From Trueperaceae bacterium (GTDB lineage Bacteria; Deinococcota; Deinococci; Deinococcales; Trueperaceae), in NCBI GenBank assembly GCA_965215565.1, contig CBDCDZ010000004.1, forward strand, positions 2,304,001 to 2,368,000: 64,000 nt of DNA. The letters run 5' to 3'. Within the stretch, counting starts at the first letter, position 1. Each line of letters opens with the position of its first letter. A model generated the notes under the pieces. The model was not told the DNA's origin, did no database searches, and saw only the letters and a program-made list of their open reading frames with translations. A program made the position numbers and the translations under genes. Below, piece by piece: positions 10,588 through 20,634 of the stretch.

Positions 10588-11811
10588 CTAATCGCTCAAA
10601 TGCCCCAACTTCTCCACCTTCGTCGCCAAATAGCGCTCGTTGTACGGATTTTCACCGACGTGGAGCGGCACGCGCCCAGAGATTTCGATGCCGTAGCCTT
10701 CTAGCGCGACGACTTTGCGGGGGTTGTTAGTGAGCAGCTCGAGCCTCTCCACCCCCAAGTCGTGCAACATCTGCGCGCCCACGCCGTAGTCTCTTAGGTC
10801 GGGCGCGAAGCCCAACTGCTCGTTTGCCTCCACCGTATCCGAGCCTTCATCTTGAAGCGCGTAGGCTTTAATTTTATTCAAAAGCCCGATACCGCGCCCC
10901 TCTTGGCGCAAGTAGACCAAGACGCCGCGTCCTCTATCGGCGATCATCTTGAGGGCGGCGTCGCGCTGAAAGCCGCAGTCGCAGCGCAGGCTGTGTAGGG
11001 CGTCGCCCGTCATACACTCGGAGTGCATCCGCACCAAGACGGGCTCCTCGCCGCGCACATCACCGAGCGAAAGCGCGAGGTGTTCGGTGTGGTTGACCTC
11101 GTCCTGGTAGCCGTGCAAGGTGAACGTCGCCCAGGGCGTCGGGAGCTTAGCCGAGGCGACGCGCTTGACGAAGCCGTCGCCGCGCAGCCTGTAGGCGATG
11201 AGGTCGGCAATGGTGCCGACTTTGAGGTCGTGCGCTCTGGCGAAGTCTAAAATCGCGGGCAGGCGCATCATCTCGCCGTCGTCGTGAATGAGTTCGCTGA
11301 TGGCTCCGGCGGGCTTGAAGCCCGCGAGTTTGGCGAGGTCCACCGCCGCCTCGGTGTGCCCGGCGCGGCGCAAGACGCCGCCGTTTCTTGCTCTGAGCGG
11401 AAAGACGTGACCGGGGCGGGCGAGGTCGGCTGCCGCCGCACCTTCTTTAACTGCTGCAAGAATCGTGGTGGCGCGGTCTTTGGCGGAGATGCCCGTGTCC
11501 ACACCCTCTCTCGCTTCGATGGAGACCGTATACGCGGTGCTGCGCCGCGCCGTGTTGTGCTCGACCATCGGGGGCAGTTCTAAGTGGTCCGCTAAAGCGT
11601 TCTCCATCGCCAAGCAGATCACGCCGCCCGTGTGCCGAATCATAAACGCGATGAGTTTAGCCGTGACCTTTTCAGCCGGGATGATGAGGTCGCCCTCGTT
11701 CTCGCGGTCTTCGTCGTCCACAATAATGACGGGTTTGCCCGCTTGTAAGTCGGCTAAGATGTCGGGGATGCTCGAGACACTAGAATGCTCAGGTGACACA
11801 TTAGGCGACAT
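10588..11811 (-). CDS. ribBA: Bifunctional DHBP synthase / GTP cyclohydrolase II
   Basis: [47 protein letters not shown]; start moved to ATG 11811, overlapping the ribE end. Confidence 0.97.
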   Translation of the reverse strand: MSPNVSPEHSSVSSIPDILADLQAGKPVIIVDDEDRENEGDLIIPAEKVTAKLIAFMIRHTGGVICLAMENALADHLELPPMVEHNTARRSTAYTVSIEAREGVDTGISAKDRATTILAAVKEGAAAADLARPGHVFPLRARNGGVLRRAGHTEAAVDLAKLAGFKPAGAISELIHDDGEMMRLPAILDFARAHDLKVGTIADLIAYRLRGDGFVKRVASAKLPTPWATFTLHGYQDEVNHTEHLALSLGDVRGEEPVLVRMHSECMTGDALHSLRCDCGFQRDAALKMIADRGRGVLVYLRQEGRGIGLLNKIKAYALQDEGSDTVEANEQLGFAPDLRDYGVGAQMLHDLGVERLELLTNNPRKVVALEGYGIEISGRVPLHVGENPYNERYLATKVEKLGHLSD

Positions 11812-12511
11812 AGTGACTCTTCCCCGGTCGCTTCTCTTTTTTCGGACGCTTCTGTTTCGTTTCGTCCGTTGCTCCCTCCGCTTCACGCATAAGCGTGAGT
11901 CGCTCTAAATATTTCGCTACCAAGTCCGCCTCTAAGTTGACCTTGCTCCCGCTCACTAGCTCACCTAGCGTCGTGACTTCTAAGGTATGCGGAATAAGCC
12001 AGAGCGTGAACTCGTTCGCGGAGAGTTCGGCGTCAGAACCCGCCGGGCCGCCCACGTCTACCACCGTCAAGCTCACGCCGTCTACGGTGATGCTCCCTTT
12101 CGGAATGAGGTAGCGCGCGAGTTTCGCGTCGGCTTGGACCGTGATGACGAATGCGCCCGCTTCTTTGCGGACACTCAAAACTTCCCCTAGCACCTCGACG
12201 TGCCCGCTGACCATGTGTCCCCCGAAGCGGCTATCGGCTTTCATAGCGCGCTCTAGGTTGACGCGCGCCCCCTCTTTCCAGCGAGGCGCGGTTTTCGCTA
12301 CGGTCTCTTTAGAAAGTTCGACCGTGAACGCATCAGCGCCGTAAGCGCCGACAGTGAGGCAGCACCCTGAAACTGCGATAGAGTCACCCAGTGCTAGACC
12401 TTCTACAACCTCTTGCGCCTGAATACTCACACGCACGTCGCCGCCCGCTCTTCCTGCGACCTCGTCGACCTTGACGACCTGGCCGACTTCTTCCACGATG
12501 CCCGTAAACAT
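11801..12511 (-). CDS. ribE: Riboflavin synthase (alpha chain)
   Basis: MFTGIVEE N-terminus, [29 protein letters not shown]. Confidence 0.97.
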   Translation of the reverse strand: MFTGIVEEVGQVVKVDEVAGRAGGDVRVSIQAQEVVEGLALGDSIAVSGCCLTVGAYGADAFTVELSKETVAKTAPRWKEGARVNLERAMKADSRFGGHMVSGHVEVLGEVLSVRKEAGAFVITVQADAKLARYLIPKGSITVDGVSLTVVDVGGPAGSDAELSANEFTLWLIPHTLEVTTLGELVSGSKVNLEADLVAKYLERLTLMREAEGATDETKQKRPKKEKRPGKSHYVA

Positions 12512-13006
12512 CTACTTCACTCCTTGTTCTGAACGTTCTAGCGCGTCAATTTTACGCAGCAAGTTGGCGGTTTCGACAGCCGCTAGCAAGGCTTCCACGC
12601 CTTTGTTACCCGCTTTCGTCCCGGCTCGCTCGATTGCTTGTTCAATCGTATTCGTGGTCAAAATGCCGAACGCGACGGGCACGCCCGTCTCTAAGTTGAG
12701 CCTGGCGAGCGACGAACTCGCGCCGCCCGCGACGAAGTCGTAGTGATCCGTCGCGCCGCGAATCACCGCGCCGAGGCAGACAATAGCGTCGTACTTTGTT
12801 GTCGCGGCGAGGCGCTGGGCGACTAAGGGGACCTCGAAGGAGCCGGGGGCGACGTAAAGCTCGAGCTTATCGTCATCGCCGCCATGCTGCGCGAACGCCG
12901 TGCGCGCCCCCTCGACCAAGCGGTCCACGATAAAGTGGTTCCAGCGCGTCGCGATGAGCGCAATCCTCAAGTCCGTCGCAATGAGGTCAGCCTCGACGCG
13001 CTTCAC
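12512..13006 (-). CDS. ribH: 6,7-dimethyl-8-ribityllumazine synthase
   Basis: RWN, PGSFEVP, GAVIRGATDH, NKG motifs; GGAGG RBS. Confidence 0.97.
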   Translation of the reverse strand: MKRVEADLIATDLRIALIATRWNHFIVDRLVEGARTAFAQHGGDDDKLELYVAPGSFEVPLVAQRLAATTKYDAIVCLGAVIRGATDHYDFVAGGASSSLARLNLETGVPVAFGILTTNTIEQAIERAGTKAGNKGVEALLAAVETANLLRKIDALERSEQGVK

Positions 13007-13194
13007 GGGCGTTCCTCCAAGTAGCTTAGCTCAGCGGATAGGACCGCAGGCGAGTAGACTCCGCGTATCCAGGGCGAACGCTCGAGCCCTGCCGGAAGAG
13101 CAGATGCACCGCGCAGCCTCTTCTGACGACACGGCAAAATACCCAGTCTAGGTACACACATATCTATAGCTAGCCTGCAGGTACAGACTAGCGT

Positions 13195-13418
13195 CCTCCT
13201 TCTCTCATCCGGACTTTAACCGTCGGTCTCGGAGTTTCACCGAGTCGGGCCTGAAGGGGTAAGTTGTCCAGGCTTCGCGGACTTCTAAAGGCATCCTTTC
13301 GCTAAAGTTGGGCTTTGCCCAACCGTCGTTGTCAACACTGAACACCAACAACTACAGCGCTGACAACAAGGACGCTCCAATTACCGCCGGTGGGGAATTT
13401 CGCCCCGCCCTGAAGGAT
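13195..13418 (-). ncRNA. FMN riboswitch (RFN element) with a large insertion
   Basis: Minus strand ATCCTTCAGGGCGGGGCGAAATTCCCCACCGGCGGTAA...AGTCCGCGA...CGGTGAAACTCCGAGACCGACGGTTAAAGTCCGGATGAGAGAAGGA upstream of ribH. Confidence 0.95.
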
Positions 13419-13815
13419 GGCTCATGCCAAAGTCAAGTCTAGCAGACGAGCAAATCAGAGTGCGTCAGTAGACATACGAGGACAGGGCGTACGCATATAC
13501 GCCAATTCTTTGAAAGAAGTCGCTGTGAACCTCTCGAAACGAAAACAGAGTTCGCTCGGAGAGGGTATAAAGCCGAATTCTATCCCTTGAAAAGCGACAT
13601 ATCGAATGAGAATAGGACGTCACGAATATATGCGTAAGCCCTACCTACATACGAAGAGGGTCGTGAGCACGTGTTGAAGCGCGTTGAGGTTTATTTTCCG
13701 TACGAGTAGAAACGTCCTGTAGCGTAGCTGCCGCGCCGAAAGAAGCCCGAACTCGGTCCTTTAGACGAGCAGTCTGTTCGTACGATGTAGAAAAGACGTA
13801 AAAAGAGCGAAAATC

Positions 13816-14643
13816 TCAGCGCCGGAACTGAAAGTTCCCCGCCGCGCCCATCCAACTTACCGCGAGGGGTTCGCGCAAGCTGACCCACTGCGGCAGCAAG
13901 ATGACGCCCGACACGGGCGCGTCCGGGCTCAGTTGCCCCGCGTCCCCCTCTAAAATGCTCAGGTTAAAAGGTGCCTTCGCCGTGAAGCGCTGCCCCCCTT
14001 GCGAAAAGGTTACGTCGGCTTGCCACGAGGTAGGCGCGAGCGAGGTGACGACGAAGTAGAGCGGTCTGTAACCTTCGACCTCATCTAAAAAATCGTCCAG
14101 AGCGAGGCGTTCGTTCGGCAGGGCGAGGGAAAGGAGCCCGGCGTCCACTAAGAGGAGCGAGGTCTCGGCGCGGGCGGGACCCCACCCGTACAGCATCAAG
14201 CCCGACACCCCGCGCCCTAACGAAACGGCTTCCGAACGGTTGCTTTGACGGGGCGATGAAAGCGTACGGACGCGCACACGCAACGTTTTCCCATCAGGTA
14301 ACGTCACGCGCTCTTCAGTCACTTTGATATTAAGGAGCGCAAAGGCGTCAGGCGGCGCGTACCACCCTTGGGCGACCGGCGCAGAGAGGCTGGCGTTATC
14401 CTCTTGCCGTCTGCCTTGCGCACTTTGCCACAGCACGTCGGGCGAACCTACGAACACGGTGAGGATGCCCGCAGGCGTGCGCACGGTCAGACCGTTCGCG
14501 CTCGCGCTCGAGCTGTACCCCGCCGCTCGCGCCACCTCTTCAAGCGAGGGAAAGGTCTCCTCTGCGCGCTTAATTGCCGACACGCTCTGCGCTTGGGAAA
14601 AGCTATAGAGGAGTAAAAAGAGGGTGAAAAGAACGCGCTTCAT
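13816..14643 (-). CDS. Secreted hypothetical protein
   Basis: 275 aa with a signal peptide (SQA-Q). Confidence 0.75.
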   Translation of the reverse strand: MKRVLFTLFLLLYSFSQAQSVSAIKRAEETFPSLEEVARAAGYSSSASANGLTVRTPAGILTVFVGSPDVLWQSAQGRRQEDNASLSAPVAQGWYAPPDAFALLNIKVTEERVTLPDGKTLRVRVRTLSSPRQSNRSEAVSLGRGVSGLMLYGWGPARAETSLLLVDAGLLSLALPNERLALDDFLDEVEGYRPLYFVVTSLAPTSWQADVTFSQGGQRFTAKAPFNLSILEGDAGQLSPDAPVSGVILLPQWVSLREPLAVSWMGAAGNFQFRR

Positions 14644-14910
14644 TGCCGCCTAGCCTAGCAAGTCCACGGAGATGAAGAGACGGAAAAGTTCATCTTCGCA
14701 CCCTCTCTCGTCCGAGATTTGCTATAGTAGATTCATCGTGATCCAGAGGTTGACTTTTGGCTTCTAAGCCTGCACACCAGCGAGGATTATCATAGTCCCC
14801 TCGCGCCGTGCTGCACTGGGCTTAGCTGCCCTCTTCTCTGCTGTTCCCTTAAAAAATTCACTTGGCTTGCTCTCCCGTATCCGACGGGCGAGGGCGTAAA
14901 GGAGTGTCCT

Positions 14911-16623
14911 ATTAACAAGGTCCACGGCAAACTTTCAGGTCTCAAGAAAAACCAGGTTAAACGCCTCAGCAACCTCTACCGCCGCAAGGTGGAGCCGAGC
15001 ATGGCGGTAAGTCTAGAACTCGCGAGGGCACTGGGCGAGCTTTCGCTCGAACTCAACAAGCCCGTCTCTGTTTTAGTAGACAGACGTGGGCGCGTCGTCA
15101 CCGTCGCGGTGGGCGACGCGCAAGAGACGCCGCTGCCCCCGCTCGCGGGCGAAGCCGAGTCGCGCCTCTACGGTCTGCGGCTCGTCCACACGCACCTCAA
15201 ACCGGGTGGGCTCTCAGGCGGCGACCTCTCGGCGCTCTTTTTGAACCGCTTGGACGCGGTGATCGCGGTGGACGTTTTCGAGAATAACAAGGGCAGCACC
15301 GAACTCGGCGACGTTCACTTCGCCCAGGTCGCGCCGCCGACCTCTTCGGAGGAGGACTGGGTCATCGAGCCGCCTATGCGCATCCGCGAGGCGGAAGGGC
15401 TGGACATCCTAGACCTCATCCGCTCGTTGGAAGAGGAACTCGCCCGTAGCGCCAACGCCCGCGAGACCACGCGCACCTCGAAAGAGCGCGCAGTCCTCAT
15501 CGGGCTCAACACGGGCGAAAGCGCCTTTGAGAGCGACGCCCGCTTGGACGAACTCGCCGAACTCACCCGCAGCGCTGGCGCGACGGTGGCGGTTATGAGC
15601 CGTCAGCAGCGTAGCAGCCCCGATCCGCGCACGCTCATCGGGCGCGGCAAGCTGCAGGAGTTGGTCTCCAAGGCGTACCACGAAGACGCCGACCTCCTCA
15701 TCTTCGACCGCGAACTCAACCCCGCGCAGGCGCGCGAGATCGCCGAGGAGACGAAGCTCAAGGTCTTGGACCGGACGCAGCTTATCCTAGACATCTTCGC
15801 GCAGAACGCCCAGGGGCGCGAGGCGCAGGTGCAAGTCGAGCTGGCGCAGCTTCAGTATCAGGTGACGCGCCTCTCGGGGCGCGGTCAAGCGATGAGCCGT
15901 TTGGGTGGCGGCATCGGCACGAGAGGTCCGGGCGAGACAAAGCTCGAGGTGGACCGCCGCCGCATCCGCGACCGCATCACAGCGCTCGAGGGGGAAGTAG
16001 ACGACATCTCGAAGCGCCGCAGCGAAAAGCGCAAGGGGCGCACGCAGTCCGAGGTGCCGGTTGTCGCCCTAGTTGGTTACACGAACGCGGGGAAGTCCAC
16101 GCTCTTTAACGCGGTTTCGAAGTCCGAAGTCTTGAGCCAGAACAAGCTCTTCGCGACGCTCCGCCCCACGACGCGCGAAGGCTGGCTGCCCGCCTTGGGC
16201 GAGTGGGGTGCGAAAGTCCTCTACACCGACACGGTGGGGTTCATTCGCGACTTGCCGGGCGAACTGGTCAACGCCTTTCGCGCGACCTTAGAGGAGCTTC
16301 ACGACGCGGACATCTTGCTGCACGTCGTGGACGCGGCGACGCCCGGCGCACCGGACAGAGTCACAGCGGTCAACCGAATCTTGGACGAGTTAGGGCTCGA
16401 GGTCTCGCGCACCGTCGTCCTCAACAAGGCTGACCTCGCGGACAAGCCAACCCTCTGTCAGCTAGAGGAGCGCTACGACGCGCTGAGCGTTTCCGCCGCG
16501 ACGGGCGCAGGCTTAGACGCCCTCAAAGCTCACCTCGCTAAGCTCATTGAGGGACCGGAACACGTGCCCTTGCCCAGCGACGAACACGCGGCGTACGGAG
16601 TGGTCAACGCTTCCTACGACTAG
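14911..16623 (+). CDS. hflX: GTPase HflX (long N-terminal form), predicted ATT start
   Basis: GIGTRGPGETKLE, GYTNAGKST, LFATL, DTVGF, NKAD; in-frame ATT 6 nt after AAGGAG adds INKVHGKLSGLKKNQVKRLSNLYRRK. Confidence 0.93.
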   Translation: MNKVHGKLSGLKKNQVKRLSNLYRRKVEPSMAVSLELARALGELSLELNKPVSVLVDRRGRVVTVAVGDAQETPLPPLAGEAESRLYGLRLVHTHLKPGGLSGGDLSALFLNRLDAVIAVDVFENNKGSTELGDVHFAQVAPPTSSEEDWVIEPPMRIREAEGLDILDLIRSLEEELARSANARETTRTSKERAVLIGLNTGESAFESDARLDELAELTRSAGATVAVMSRQQRSSPDPRTLIGRGKLQELVSKAYHEDADLLIFDRELNPAQAREIAEETKLKVLDRTQLILDIFAQNAQGREAQVQVELAQLQYQVTRLSGRGQAMSRLGGGIGTRGPGETKLEVDRRRIRDRITALEGEVDDISKRRSEKRKGRTQSEVPVVALVGYTNAGKSTLFNAVSKSEVLSQNKLFATLRPTTREGWLPALGEWGAKVLYTDTVGFIRDLPGELVNAFRATLEELHDADILLHVVDAATPGAPDRVTAVNRILDELGLEVSRTVVLNKADLADKPTLCQLEERYDALSVSAATGAGLDALKAHLAKLIEGPEHVPLPSDEHAAYGVVNASYD

Positions 16624-16676
16624 TTCTTACGACTAGGTGCAGCACCCTCACGGTTGTACCCCTTGAACGTCTTCCT

Positions 16677-16701
16677 AAGAGGTCTTTTGAGACCTCTTTT
16701 T
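16677..16701 (+). terminator. Rho-independent terminator after hflX
   Basis: AAGAGGTCT-TTTG-AGACCTCTT followed by TTT. Confidence 0.8.
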
Positions 16702-16707
16702 ATCTTT

Positions 16708-16933
16708 TAGCAGGTATCAAAGTCTGTCTCACTGCGTTCGGAACTGGTCAGAGTGTACGTAGTCCTGCGAAGCAACACTCTCATTTTGTGAAACGCTGTT
16801 TCACTGCGCGAAAACTTCGTAATTAGCACGCACTTTAAGGGATGAAATTCCGCTAGCTCTGCGAGCTGAGACCTTTGGCGTTGCCAAAACTTCCGTAAGC
16901 GTTCAACTGTCTCAGTGTGTCGTGGAACTGCTA
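16708..16933 (+). mobile_element. MITE-like element, family A
   Basis: TAGCAGGTATC...GTCTCAGTGTGTCGTGGAACTGCTA; homologous to 18120, 32131, 41908 and 45397. Confidence 0.75.
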
Positions 16934-16970
16934 TTTCTACGAAAAGATAGTGTCGTCCTCGAGGACGACA

Positions 16971-17912
16971 CTACTGCCGCTCGACTCTGACGATTTCAGC
17001 CACCTTGTAACCGCCGCGCAACTCCGACGTGTAGATGAAGTCGCGTCCGTTCGGCAGGTACGCGATCGCTTCTTGTTGCGGGAGCTGCGCGGCGTTTAGG
17101 ACAGCGTAGTCTTCCCCCTCTACCATCTCGCGGCTCGCTTTGAGGGGTTCGCCCGAGAGGTCGGTGTAGAACTCGAGCACGTCTCGGTAGGTCAGCACTA
17201 AAAACGCGCTGCCGTCCGGCGAGATGTCCATCGAGGTAGCGACGCTGCCTAAAGTCGTGCCGCTGAGCTTAGAGAGGTCCAGTTCGCCGACGAAGGTGAG
17301 CGTCTGCGGCTCGGCGTCGGGCGCAGCTCTGATACGCTCGTGCGAAATCTTGTAAAGCCTGGCTGGAGCAGGTAGGAGCAAGTACACGCGCCACGACTTG
17401 CTCAAGAGGTAGAGGTCGCCGTTCGGGTGGACCGCCATCGCCTCGACGTCGTGCTTGCCGTCAGGGAAGCGCAGCTTGAGGTGCTTGTAGAAGTCGGTGC
17501 GCTTCGAAAACACCTCTTCTTCCGGGACGTAGACCACGTCGATATCGTCGCGGTTGCGCCGGTTGTCGCCGATGTTGCCCATGTAGAGGCAGCTCGACGC
17601 GCCGCAGGGTCCTAGCGTCAACTCCTCCATATCCTTAAAGGTGCGCTTCACGTCGTTGATCTGCGACTCTCTTAACGACGTGCCGCGCATGTCCGTATAG
17701 TAAAAGTTGAAACCGCGACTGCCCGAGTCGTTGATGTGGTAGAGCCTGTCGGGGAAGCGCTGTGAGACAGCGACGCCGCTCGCCTCGCCGAGCAGCTCGG
17801 GGTCCAATGTGCCTAAAACTGTGCTCGGCAGCAGGGGCACGTCCCCTCTGCCGCTGAGCGAAGTCAGCAAGGTGAGCCCGGCAAACGTGAAGAGAAAGAG
17901 GCGGCGCAACAC
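16971..17912 (-). CDS. Exported hypothetical protein (probable beta-propeller)
   Basis: Signal/anchor sequence; EASG, HINDSG, DMEE, IGDN, DVEA, QEAI repeats typical of a propeller-type family. Confidence 0.75.
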   Translation of the reverse strand: MLRRLFLFTFAGLTLLTSLSGRGDVPLLPSTVLGTLDPELLGEASGVAVSQRFPDRLYHINDSGSRGFNFYYTDMRGTSLRESQINDVKRTFKDMEELTLGPCGASSCLYMGNIGDNRRNRDDIDVVYVPEEEVFSKRTDFYKHLKLRFPDGKHDVEAMAVHPNGDLYLLSKSWRVYLLLPAPARLYKISHERIRAAPDAEPQTLTFVGELDLSKLSGTTLGSVATSMDISPDGSAFLVLTYRDVLEFYTDLSGEPLKASREMVEGEDYAVLNAAQLPQQEAIAYLPNGRDFIYTSELRGGYKVAEIVRVERQ

Positions 17913-18119
17913 GCCCTCTATCCTAACGCGAAGCGGCGAAACGTTCGGAGGAAGATTAACGAAGTGTGAGGTGTGGAGTTTCGGACAGTTGTCGGAAAGC
18001 GTTGCACCTCTTCTTCATTGCACCTCTTGTATTCAGCACGTTTTATTCAGCACGGCGAATCTCAGCTTGAAGGGGTGCGAAACGCAAGAACCTCGATTAT
18101 AAAGGTGTCCCGTTTCGTA

Positions 18120-18277
18120 TAGCAGGTATCATCTGGTCAGAGTGTATGTAAGTTTTGCGAAGCAACACTCGCACTTTGTAAAATGACGTCTATCACGCAC
18201 TTCAAGGGATGAAATCCCGCTAGTCCTTACGGACAGAGATCTGCGCTCAACTGTCTCAATATGTTGTGGAACTGCTA
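18120..18277 (+). mobile_element. MITE-like element, family A
   Basis: TA|TAGCAGGTATCATCTGGTCAGAGTG...GTCTCAATATGTTGTGGAACTGCTA. Confidence 0.75.
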
Positions 18278-18344
18278 GTATATACGCGAATGCCCCTCAC
18301 GGCTCCTGCGTTACCGCATACACAAAACGTGGTACACCACCTAA

Positions 18345-19838
18345 TTATATGCCGCTCACATTCACCTCACGCCCCAACGCCTCTAGCTCGTTGGCTAAGG
18401 GCTCGGCGCGTTCAGCTAAGACCGCGTTCAAGATAAGCTCGATGGCTTGCTCCACCGCCTGGTCGAAGTCGTTCGTTTCGATGACGGGGACGCCCTCCTC
18501 TTCGGCGCGCTCCACCATGAAGTTCTGCAGGATGCGGATTTCGCCAAAGTGCTCCAAGTAGACCGCGCTGGTGCGTCGCTGCCGCGTCTGCAGCTCGCGC
18601 ACGCCGAAGTAGCTGCGGTGCCGCTCCTCGTCGGTGACCCGCAAGACGAGTTCGATGACCGTGGCCCCGTCGCGTTCAGGCAGGGGCATGAAGCCCGGCA
18701 CGAGGTGAATTCCCTCGAGTACCAAAGAGGTAGTCTCTTCGATGTTGCGGTCCAAGATGGCTAGGAGCGCGGTGGTGAGCTGCTGCACCTGCCGCTGAAA
18801 GCCGCGCACCACGCGCTTGCGCTTAGGCTTGGCGTTTTTGAGTTCGCTCGGGAGCAGCTCGGCGCGCCACGCGGAGAAGCTCGAGGCGTGCAGCGCCGGG
18901 CTCAGCTCCGCACTGATCAAGGAGCGCAGCGCCTGGCGCACCGAGTCCGACGAGACGATGCGCGGAATGCCCAGCCGGTACGAAAGCTCCGAGGCGAGAC
19001 TCGACTTGCCGACGCCCGGCGCGCCGCCGATCAGTACGATGATGGGCTTGTCGGGGCGGCGCACGCTCCGCATTAACTCGTAGCGGCGGGCGAACTCCTC
19101 GCCGGCTTCTCCTAAGAGAAGCGCCCTGACCGCGCGGCGCACCTCGTCGCGCTTGACCTCTCGCTTGCCCCTGCGCCAGAGCACGTTTTCGGCGCGCTTA
19201 GCGAGCTGGTGCGACAACTCGGGACCGAGCCCTACCGCCATCAACGATTGAGCGAGGATGCCCCTCGAGTAAGGAAACCGCGCCCCGTTGGGCTCTAAAA
19301 CGACGAGTTCGCCCGGCTGCTCCGTCTTCGCCTCGTAACGCGTGCGGGCGGCGCGTCCTAAAAGCGCCTCTAAACTCAGCGCGACTTGCTGCATCAGCTC
19401 GCGCTCCGTGACCACCTCGGAGCCGTTCGTGCGGAACGTCCGCTCGACCTGGCTAGCGACGGCGTGGGCGTCTTTGAACGAGACGTCCAGCTTTTGCAGC
19501 GATTTGGCGAGGGTGCGCCTCGAGAAGGGCGTCTGCTCGCCTTCTAGCGCCACCATAATCGGCACGAAGGGCGGCGTTTGCCGAGTGAAGCGTTCGGCGA
19601 CGTCAGCGCCGAAATCTTTCTCGAGCACCTGACTTACGTAAGTCACTAAGTCACCCAGCGCTACATTCTTCTCGCCCTCGCTGCGCAGGTGCTTCTCGGT
19701 CTGCCGCGCCACCATGATCGCCTCGTCGGTGGGCATCCCAACGCCCTGGAGCGATTCGACGACTGCGCCCAGCGTAAAAGCGTACTTCTCCCTGTCGCCG
19801 CCCTTATCGCGCACCACCCTGAAGTCGCGCCGCTTCAC
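18345..19838 (-). CDS. ATP-cone-containing 2-phosphoglycerate kinase-like P-loop protein
   Basis: Repeated PFSR..LA.SL / PYSRGILAQSL cone motifs; LIGGAPGVGKS, SSDSVRQ, LEGIHLVP. Confidence 0.85.
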   Translation of the reverse strand: MKRRDFRVVRDKGGDREKYAFTLGAVVESLQGVGMPTDEAIMVARQTEKHLRSEGEKNVALGDLVTYVSQVLEKDFGADVAERFTRQTPPFVPIMVALEGEQTPFSRRTLAKSLQKLDVSFKDAHAVASQVERTFRTNGSEVVTERELMQQVALSLEALLGRAARTRYEAKTEQPGELVVLEPNGARFPYSRGILAQSLMAVGLGPELSHQLAKRAENVLWRRGKREVKRDEVRRAVRALLLGEAGEEFARRYELMRSVRRPDKPIIVLIGGAPGVGKSSLASELSYRLGIPRIVSSDSVRQALRSLISAELSPALHASSFSAWRAELLPSELKNAKPKRKRVVRGFQRQVQQLTTALLAILDRNIEETTSLVLEGIHLVPGFMPLPERDGATVIELVLRVTDEERHRSYFGVRELQTRQRRTSAVYLEHFGEIRILQNFMVERAEEEGVPVIETNDFDQAVEQAIELILNAVLAERAEPLANELEALGREVNVSGI

Positions 19839-19905
19839 GCTGACGCCTCTTTCAGATATGTTGCGCGTAGCCCCCGGTGCATAAGGGAGGCTACCATGTT
19901 AAGGA

Positions 19906-19999
19906 AGCAATGAGTACCGAGCAATGAGCAATGAGTTAAAAGCCTTTAGACTCGTTGCTCATTGCTTTTAACTCATTGCTTCCTTTAGACTCATTGCTA
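19906..19999. repeat. Inverted array of GCAATGA heptamers
   Basis: GCAATGAGTACCGAGCAATGAGCAATGAG...CTCGTTGCTCATTGC..CTCATTGC..CTCATTGC. Confidence 0.8.
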
Positions 20000-20004
20000 A
20001 GGCA

Positions 20005-20616
20005 CTAAGCCGCCTCCAACACGTCCAAAAAGTTTTTGAGCACATTGCCCGTCATACCCCAGATGACGCGCTCTCGCCAAGGGTAGTAGTAGAGGGTGCG
20101 CGGCGTCCCCTCTAAGTAACGAATTTCGGTGCGGGGCGCTAAGGTGCGCAGCTCGGCGAGCGGCACCGTGAACGCTTCTTCGACTTCGGCGGGGTTGAGC
20201 GTCAAAGGCTGGGGCCAGTTCACTACGCCGACGATGGGCGTCACCACGTAGCGCGCGGGCGAGGGCAGCTCGCTCAGCTCGCCTAAGAGTGCGTCCTCGC
20301 CCACACGTAAGCCAACCTCTTCGAGCGTTTCGCGGCGCGCGGTCTGCGCCGCAGTTTCGCCGGGGTCACTGCGCCCGCCCGGAAAGGAAATCTGCCCGGC
20401 GTGGTTCGAGAGCGTCGCGGAACGCACCGTGAAAAGCAGCTCGAAACCGTCCGGTCCGCGCAGGAGCGGCACGAGCACCGCCGCTTGGCGAAAGCCGTTG
20501 ATCGACATCGTTTCGCGCTCGGCGTGTTTGAGGTTGGTCCTGAGTTTAGAAACTACCTCGTCGTCCGTCAGATCGGGCGCTCCAGAAGAGGCGTTGGGCG
20601 TTGCATCAGCGCTCAT
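20005..20616 (-). CDS. CoA pyrophosphatase (Nudix, NudL-like)
   Basis: AAVLVPL, HAGQISFPGG, ARRETLEEVG, IWGMT. Confidence 0.92.
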   Translation of the reverse strand: MSADATPNASSGAPDLTDDEVVSKLRTNLKHAERETMSINGFRQAAVLVPLLRGPDGFELLFTVRSATLSNHAGQISFPGGRSDPGETAAQTARRETLEEVGLRVGEDALLGELSELPSPARYVVTPIVGVVNWPQPLTLNPAEVEEAFTVPLAELRTLAPRTEIRYLEGTPRTLYYYPWRERVIWGMTGNVLKNFLDVLEAA

Positions 20617-20634
20617 GTAGACACTTTGGGCACG

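Noticed and set aside
10588..13006. Absence of ribD from the rib operon as a novel pathway
   Set aside because: ribD is often located elsewhere; cannot be judged from one window
14738..14767. Possible leader peptide MIQRLTFGF upstream of hflX after TGcTATAGT
   Set aside because: Attractive given hflXr attenuation, but I could not establish a terminator/antiterminator; needs conservation data
19906..19999. Short repeats as a possible CRISPR array
   Set aside because: 7-nt units without unique spacers; no cas genes
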